DNA of 59,942 bases, taken from positions 1-59,942 of the forward strand of contig JAGVQG010000056.1 in NCBI GenBank assembly GCA_020051845.1. The letters run 5' to 3'. Made by a program: the position numbers and the translations under genes. Source of the DNA: an archaeon (GTDB taxonomy: Archaea > Nanobdellota > Nanobdellia > Woesearchaeales > ARS49). The notes under the pieces were generated by a model that worked only from the letters and a program-made list of their open reading frames with translations, was not told the origin of the DNA and did no database searches. The number at the start of each line of letters is the position of its first letter. The stretch's first letter is position 1. This document shows, piece after piece, positions 54,899 through 59,942 of this stretch.

Positions 54899-55015
54899 TG
54901 GATACTTGCGCCGTTCACGAGTTTATATAGTTAGCGAACGAATAGTTTAATAAATCCGGCCTATCCGCCTCGGACTGCGTTCTTGAGACCACGGGTTTCT
55001 TGGCGCGGAGTCATA

Positions 55016-55465
55016 ATGGCAACCAAGAACACAACCAAGGCCATCAAGAAAGGCGACAAGGTAAAGGTCAACTACACTGGAACGCTCGATGACGGTACTG
55101 TTTTCGACAGCTCCACGCACGGCGACCACCAGCATCCTCTGGAGTTCGAGGCAGGCGCGGGCCAGCTCATCAAGGGTTTCGACGACGCAGTCATCGGAAT
55201 GAAGGTCGGCGATGAGAAGACCGTCAAGATCGAAGCAGAGAACGCCTATGGCACGCATAAGCCCGAGCTTGTCAAGAAGTTCCCGCGAAACAACCTACCA
55301 CCCGAAGCCAAGGTCGGCATGATTCTGGGTCTCAAGACAGCAGACGGCCAGCAATTCCCTGCGACCATCGCAGCTATTGGCGACAAGGAAGTCTCCTTGG
55401 ACCTCAACCACCCGCTCGCGGGCAAGAATCTGACGTTCAAGATAACGGTCGTTGAGATAGTGTAA
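55016..55465 (+). CDS. FKBP-type peptidyl-prolyl isomerase (SlyD-like)
   Basis: GDKVKVNYTGTLDDGTVFDSS...FEAGAGQLIKGFDDAVIGMKVGD. Confidence 0.9.
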   Translation: MATKNTTKAIKKGDKVKVNYTGTLDDGTVFDSSTHGDHQHPLEFEAGAGQLIKGFDDAVIGMKVGDEKTVKIEAENAYGTHKPELVKKFPRNNLPPEAKVGMILGLKTADGQQFPATIAAIGDKEVSLDLNHPLAGKNLTFKITVVEIV

Positions 55466-55467
55466 GA

Positions 55468-55507
55468 GATAATCCTGTTTTCTTCGTATTTTTGTTTCTA
55501 TTTCTCC
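55468..55507 (+). terminator. oligo-T tract after the FKBP gene
   Basis: GAGATAATCCTGTTTTCTTCGTATTTTTGTTTCTATTTCT. Confidence 0.4.
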
Positions 55508-55556
55508 AGATTAATCCTGCACGTGCAAGTCGCGGAGCGAGGACAAGTGCAAGAGA

Positions 55557-55728
55557 ACGTTTTGCTATCAAAAAAACGTATGGCGTTTCTTGCGCACGGA
55601 ACCACGTTCCGTTGCGCTCACGATCATCAAAAGCTTGATTAGAATATTATCCGCGTGAGCCGGCGCTCCGCGCCTTCACACACAGGAGCGGTTTTGGTAG
55701 AGCTTTTTATCACGCGAGTGATAAAAAG
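55557..55728. repeat. second hairpin cluster sharing modules with the 44.5-kb array
   Basis: Hairpins at 55557-55579, 55592-55617 (near-copy of 44525-44552), 55655-55679 (CGC-UCC-GCG apex as in 44575-44604) and 55703-55728 (11 bp, GCGA loop). Confidence 0.65.
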
Positions 55729-55732
55729 GTCT

Positions 55733-55805
55733 GGGGCTGCGAGGATTTGAACCCCGATTACTACCACCCCAAGGTAATGTCCTAACCAAGTTAGACTACA
55801 GCCCC
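55733..55805 (-). tRNA. tRNA-Pro (anticodon GGG)
   Basis: Folded by hand. Acceptor GGGGCUG/CAGCCCC, D stem GUCU/GGAC, anticodon stem UUACC/GGUAG with loop UUGGGGU, T arm CGGGG-UUCAAAU-CCUCG. A TATA-like element at 55833-55841 lies 28 nt upstream. Confidence 0.88.
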
Positions 55806-55929
55806 TTAGGTGGTGTCAAAGAACAGTGGTTTGTTTAAAAGACTTATGGCATCTATTCGTTGAACACCCACGTTTAGCATTCACGAGTAGTACGCAATCA
55901 TTTAATACGCTGTTAGAAGGCATCAACCC

Positions 55930-56142
55930 ATGGCAAAAACTACCATAAACGAGAGCCGCATGGATCGGCTTTTCCGCCTTGTGGGCGGTGTCGCACTGAT
56001 ATTCATTGGTTTCTACGCGGTTGGCGTGGCCAAGTATGTGGGCTGGCTTGTAGGAGCGGTTCTGCTTCTGACGGCGCTCACCGGCTATTGCCATCTGTAC
56101 AAGATGTTGGGCGTCAGTACATTGACGAAAAAGAAGCGATAG
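55930..56142 (+). CDS. DUF2892 (YgaP C-terminal-like) small membrane protein
   Basis: RLFRLVGGVALIFIG...LLLTALTGYCHLYKMLGVST. Confidence 0.7.
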   Translation: MAKTTINESRMDRLFRLVGGVALIFIGFYAVGVAKYVGWLVGAVLLLTALTGYCHLYKMLGVSTLTKKKR

Positions 56143-56153
56143 AATCCTATCCA

Positions 56154-56798
56154 CTAAACAAGGGCGGGTTGCTTCTGTGATTTCTTTATTTTTTCCAATC
56201 TGGCTTTCGCCTCTTGCGTCTTGAGGCGTACCTTCAGGGCGTCCTTGTGGAATGTCCCGAATTCGGTCACGTATGCGACGTCATTTCCTGAGACGACGAC
56301 TTCACATTCGTATTCGTTCTCGAGCTTGTCAAGGAGTTGTTCTTCGAACGTGTCTTTCTGGTCGACTTTGGATTGCCGCAGGTATTTGGCGCATGCGGCA
56401 GCGTATGCTTCCGAGGTTATCGCCTTTTTCTTGGTGTCTTGGGTAAGGTAGACCTTTTCCGATCCTTGGACTACGTAGAGCATGTTGTTTTTCGGCGGGA
56501 TGTTGGACTTGGTTATGACGTGCGTTTTTCCTATCGCGTATCTGCTGTCTTTGACAATGCGTTCGAGTTCTCCGGCGCTCGTCTTGTTGATGTCTTTTTT
56601 GAGAAGTTCCCGTATGGTTTCTTCGGTATCGAGGCCACGATAGGCGACGATGCCATTGTCAGGCGTTCGTTCTATGTGCACTCGCATGGCTGGCGCTGGT
56701 CCGTATGTCACGCGCGTTGTGACCACTGTCGGGTTTTGCGTCCTGCCAGATGAGATTAGCGCGTCGTACGCATTCTTGAAGCAATCATACCATGCCAT
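56154..56798 (-). CDS. hypothetical protein
   Basis: 214-aa ORF. No motif recognised. Confidence 0.5.
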   Translation of the reverse strand: MAWYDCFKNAYDALISSGRTQNPTVVTTRVTYGPAPAMRVHIERTPDNGIVAYRGLDTEETIRELLKKDINKTSAGELERIVKDSRYAIGKTHVITKSNIPPKNNMLYVVQGSEKVYLTQDTKKKAITSEAYAAACAKYLRQSKVDQKDTFEEQLLDKLENEYECEVVVSGNDVAYVTEFGTFHKDALKVRLKTQEAKARLEKIKKSQKQPALV

Positions 56799-56922
56799 AT
56801 TCGATTAGTGCTGTTGTTCGATTATTTAAGGCTTTCTATTATTAGTAACCTAATAGTAGTATCAATACGGCCACAATCTTTATAAAGAAAACCTTAAAGT
56901 CATTTAAGGTAGAGGGAGTGAA

Positions 56923-57315
56923 ATGGAACTAAAGGTCAAATTCGTCTGCAACCAGGGAGAGATTTCCGATGTCGTTGATGCGACAGCCCCTAAAGGCAAG
57001 AGCGACACTTTTTTCGTGCAGGAAAAAGGCACTGTCCAGCACGCCGTGATCGAATATGGTGGACAGCTGTATGAAGTCCCTCGCGGCAAGAGCAAAAAGA
57101 TAGGCGCGAACGGTCAACCACAGATACATGTCGAAGTCATCGACAAGCCAAACAAGGCATTGCTCAGGTACGTGCACGTCGAAGCGGTCGAGCTTGAAGC
57201 CGAGAAGGAACTGGCCTACAGACTTGGCTGGGACCACCAGCTCAAGGATCAACTCGCGACAACCCCTCATAGAAAAAGTGCCGCACCCAGCAACAATAAC
57301 GGCTACAACAACTAG
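56923..57315 (+). CDS. hypothetical protein
   Basis: 130-aa ORF with GGTAGAGGGAGTGA upstream of the ATG. No motif recognised. Confidence 0.5.
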   Translation: MELKVKFVCNQGEISDVVDATAPKGKSDTFFVQEKGTVQHAVIEYGGQLYEVPRGKSKKIGANGQPQIHVEVIDKPNKALLRYVHVEAVELEAEKELAYRLGWDHQLKDQLATTPHRKSAAPSNNNGYNN

Positions 57316-57911
57316 CGTTTCTTGTTCCTTCCTCTTTTTTCGACCTGTTGGACCAGCCAGTCAATCACTTTCTTGCCTTCTGGCCATTCCTTGACATAGG
57401 CATCCAGAGCGGCCTGCCACGCGACATCATAGACCTCGGTATGCGTGCCTGACAATACCTGCCGTAGAAGGTGCAGATCCACTGCGAAGTCCTCGATTTT
57501 CAAGGTGAAGAAACTCAGTCCGAAATCTATGACATACGTCGTCTCGGCTGCGATGAAGTTGGATGTGGTTGGATCGCCGTGCGCCACGCCGCACTTGTGC
57601 ATTCGAGACAATAATGTGCCGATTGCCGCGCCGTACTGGATCGGCTTCGCACCCATCACGTCCCGGACCTTTGGGCCGTCGATGAACGTGAGCGTCAAAG
57701 TCATCGTCTTCTCGTCGCTGTCGAGCACGGTTGGAACGGCTATGTTGTTATCGGCCAAACGCGCGATGACCTTCTCCTCGCGTCGTTGGCGGGATCGACG
57801 CAGATCAATATCGATCTCGGCTATCCTGTAATCCTTGGATAACCTGTGCTTCAGCACAGTGTTGCCTTGCCTGGTCAGCACCGCTTCCGCTCCCTGGGCC
57901 AATATAGTCAT
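57312..57911 (-). CDS. bud32: Bud32/PRPK kinase (KEOPS subunit), stand-alone
   Basis: GAEAVL, and HGDPTTSNF...IDFGLSF as the catalytic/DFG-like motifs. Confidence 0.88.
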   Translation of the reverse strand: MTILAQGAEAVLTRQGNTVLKHRLSKDYRIAEIDIDLRRSRQRREEKVIARLADNNIAVPTVLDSDEKTMTLTLTFIDGPKVRDVMGAKPIQYGAAIGTLLSRMHKCGVAHGDPTTSNFIAAETTYVIDFGLSFFTLKIEDFAVDLHLLRQVLSGTHTEVYDVAWQAALDAYVKEWPEGKKVIDWLVQQVEKRGRNKKR

Positions 57912-58573
57912 GATAGAACGCCTCTCGGCTCGGTCTTTGACTCGGTCTTGGGCTCGATCTTGTAGAATATCTCGCTCGCCCTGAATTCGGGATTTGACGA
58001 TGCCTGTGCGGTCAACTCGCGCAACTGATCACCGCAGTAAGGCATCGCCTCTGCCCAACGGTTGTGATCCATGCTATTCGCATCATCCATGCGTCGCAGC
58101 AATTCATCGAGCTTTCCTTCATAGGAAACACGCGCTGTCCTGGCTTCTTTGATATGTTTACAGTATAACGCGGCCGCTCCGATCGCTGCCGGCCAGAACA
58201 ACAGGTTTCCCCACACGCGATGCCCTTCTGATAACTGCGATGCCACATACAGAGCACCGCCGGCCGTATACATGACAGCCGCCTCGACAACGACGCTTCG
58301 GATCGTCCGCCACTCCTCGTCTTCAAAGATCTTGATCATCAATGGTCGCGCGTTGCGCGCGTGGCCCAACAACTGGCGCACGGCTTCACCTGCGTCTTCA
58401 GGATTTCCGCTTTTTCGCAGATATGAATCCACCGTGACTATCCACCAAGGCGCCTCATCGTGCGATTTTGGAAGCGCGTAGCACAACGCTTTGTTGTCCG
58501 ATACCGTGGCTATCAAGTCCACCAATGGATTCTTGTCAATGCATTCCTTCATCATGTGGCGCTCACAAATCAT
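57908..58573 (-). CDS. hypothetical protein with central TM segments, coupled to bud32
   Basis: 221-aa ORF. The stop overlaps the bud32 start (ATGA). Hydrophobic stretches include VVVEAAVMYTAGGALYV and LLFWPAAIGAAALY. Confidence 0.55.
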   Translation of the reverse strand: MICERHMMKECIDKNPLVDLIATVSDNKALCYALPKSHDEAPWWIVTVDSYLRKSGNPEDAGEAVRQLLGHARNARPLMIKIFEDEEWRTIRSVVVEAAVMYTAGGALYVASQLSEGHRVWGNLLFWPAAIGAAALYCKHIKEARTARVSYEGKLDELLRRMDDANSMDHNRWAEAMPYCGDQLRELTAQASSNPEFRASEIFYKIEPKTESKTEPRGVLS

Positions 58574-58605
58574 GAGATAAAAGCTTTTGCCGTCTTTGTG
58601 ATGAC

Positions 58606-59391
58606 TTAGACGTCCGCTTCAGAGGGGTCTTCCTTGCCGACTTCCTCGGCGTCCTCTGCAGCGACATCTTCGGCAGACTCATCGGCTCCATCCACTGGTT
58701 CGTCCGAATCATCAACGGATTTGGGGTCAGCGCCGCTTTCTTCGGTCTCGGCCGCGGCGTCTTCCTTCTGCTCTGCCTTTGGTTCAGGCACTGGAGGAAG
58801 GACTGGCTTCTTGCCCTCTCCCTTCAAGAGTTCGAGCGTCTTTATCTCGCACGCACCTATCGGGAATGTCTTCCTGATCGCATCATGCACGGCTCGCTGG
58901 AGTTTGCTTGTTATCACATCGGCATAAAGCTGCTCGGCGGTGACAGTGACTGCGTATCGAACGACTGCCTCGCGCGTGACCTTGCGCAGCCCTGTGAGGA
59001 TGCTGCCCTTGGTCTTGTAGCGCGCCACCACGTACGGCTTGATTCGCATCAATTTGCCGTCTGCGCATGTGACTATCATGCTGTCTTCGAACTTGTCCTT
59101 GTTACGCCTGACTAGCCTTCGCAATGCGCTGGGCAGGATCTTGTAGTACTTGATCGCGGTCAGGAGCTTCTCGCCCTGGACATCCACTATCTGGAAACCC
59201 GCGGAGATGTATTGCTTCTGGGGCTCGCCCGTGATCTGCATGACGCTGACGCGCACTGTGCGGCCGATTGCGTCCTTGGGTTCAAGGAGGTAGCTTTCTC
59301 CCAGGGGCATTTCGTTGAACAGCTTTGGAGCGATTATCGTCACCCATCGCTTCTTCTTGACTTGGACTGTTGCTTTGGTTGCTTTTGCCAT
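58606..59391 (-). CDS. rps3ae: ribosomal protein eS1 (S3Ae) with an about 65-aa acidic C-terminal tail
   Basis: KKKRWVTIIAPKLFN... matches the S3Ae core. The C-terminus is rich in D/E/A (EEDAAAETEESGADPKSVDDSDEPVDGADESAEDVAAEDAEEVGKEDPSEADV). Confidence 0.9.
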   Translation of the reverse strand: MAKATKATVQVKKKRWVTIIAPKLFNEMPLGESYLLEPKDAIGRTVRVSVMQITGEPQKQYISAGFQIVDVQGEKLLTAIKYYKILPSALRRLVRRNKDKFEDSMIVTCADGKLMRIKPYVVARYKTKGSILTGLRKVTREAVVRYAVTVTAEQLYADVITSKLQRAVHDAIRKTFPIGACEIKTLELLKGEGKKPVLPPVPEPKAEQKEDAAAETEESGADPKSVDDSDEPVDGADESAEDVAAEDAEEVGKEDPSEADV

Positions 59392-59491
59392 AGGTTCGAG
59401 GGAAAGGGGTTGGTTTAAAAAGCTTCCGATAGGGATTCCATAGTGGTTTATGTATTCCTAGAATTTCGACCCGACTAATCGGTGACGAAAA

Positions 59492-59818
59492 TCAGACAGA
59501 AAAGTACAAAGTGTGGTCCTTTGGGTCCGGGTGATCCCCGACAACCGGCAGTGCACATGCGACAGGCTGCCTGCTACGATCAAGCCATTCCTGATAGTTA
59601 GCATCAAGAGCTTTGCGTTGATCAGAGGTCACATTGCTCGCATACCGTGGTTTTACTTCACACAGCAATTTCGGGGGCAACTCAGAAAATACACCAATCA
59701 CTGCGGTTAAATTCCCAACAGGCTGATCGTTGATGTAGAACCCGCTCTTCGGATCGTGATCAATGACCATCTGTTGTTTCTGCGCTATCGATTCCAGTGC
59801 ACTTTGAGCTGTTTCCAT
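59492..59818 (-). CDS. hypothetical protein
   Basis: 108 aa from ATG 59818, preceded by GGAGG 8 nt upstream. No motif recognised. Confidence 0.45.
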   Translation of the reverse strand: METAQSALESIAQKQQMVIDHDPKSGFYINDQPVGNLTAVIGVFSELPPKLLCEVKPRYASNVTSDQRKALDANYQEWLDRSRQPVACALPVVGDHPDPKDHTLYFSV

Positions 59819-59942
59819 GCATGCGCCTCCAAAACAAGAACTATTGTATTTGTTTAGCTGATTTGTGCTTGTTCTGATTCGTATTACGAATGTATGGTCT
59901 GGAGTAGCGAAATGCATTTATATTTAATATATATCTGATATA

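Overview
This window is archaeal chromosome, mostly housekeeping genes. The archaeal markers are TFB, aIF2-gamma, Alba, eS17, eS1, proteasome beta, aCPSF1, Bud32, a Sec11-type signal peptidase and a type-2 MetAP. There are also two FtsZ paralogs, three aminoacyl-tRNA synthetases (ArgRS, ProRS, HisRS) and two tRNAs (Arg-UCG, Pro-GGG). Genes are tightly packed with many 4-8 nt start/stop overlaps. Most genes have a TATA-like box 25-35 nt upstream, so many mRNAs are probably leaderless or short-leadered. No rRNA, CRISPR array, transposase or integrase was seen.

Notable blocks:
- A redox and Fe-S block at about 12.9-21.7 kb: a flavoprotein coupled to Bcp, then SOD, then a seven-gene suf operon bracketed by two unusual regulators and preceded by a perfect palindromic operator.
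- A divergent envelope locus at 38.2-44.3 kb: a 1068-aa Cys-rich protein with a pilin-like signal peptide, an unknown 416-aa protein coupled to a membrane-anchored lysozyme-like protein, and a signal peptidase.
- Two intergenic arrays of stable hairpins (44.34-44.65 kb and 55.56-55.73 kb) that share modules and show compensatory changes.
- A tRNA-Arg whose 5' end and promoter geometry are duplicated 113 nt upstream, and whose 3' end sits 2 nt from the next start codon.
- An AbiE-like pair, a methyltransferase-kinase fusion, and an orphan EncFtn-like ferritin.

About a third of the ORFs have no recognisable family. The envelope genes and lineage-specific ORFs suggest an uncultivated, possibly DPANN-like archaeon, but that is inference. 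All calls come from reading motifs by eye; no searches were run.
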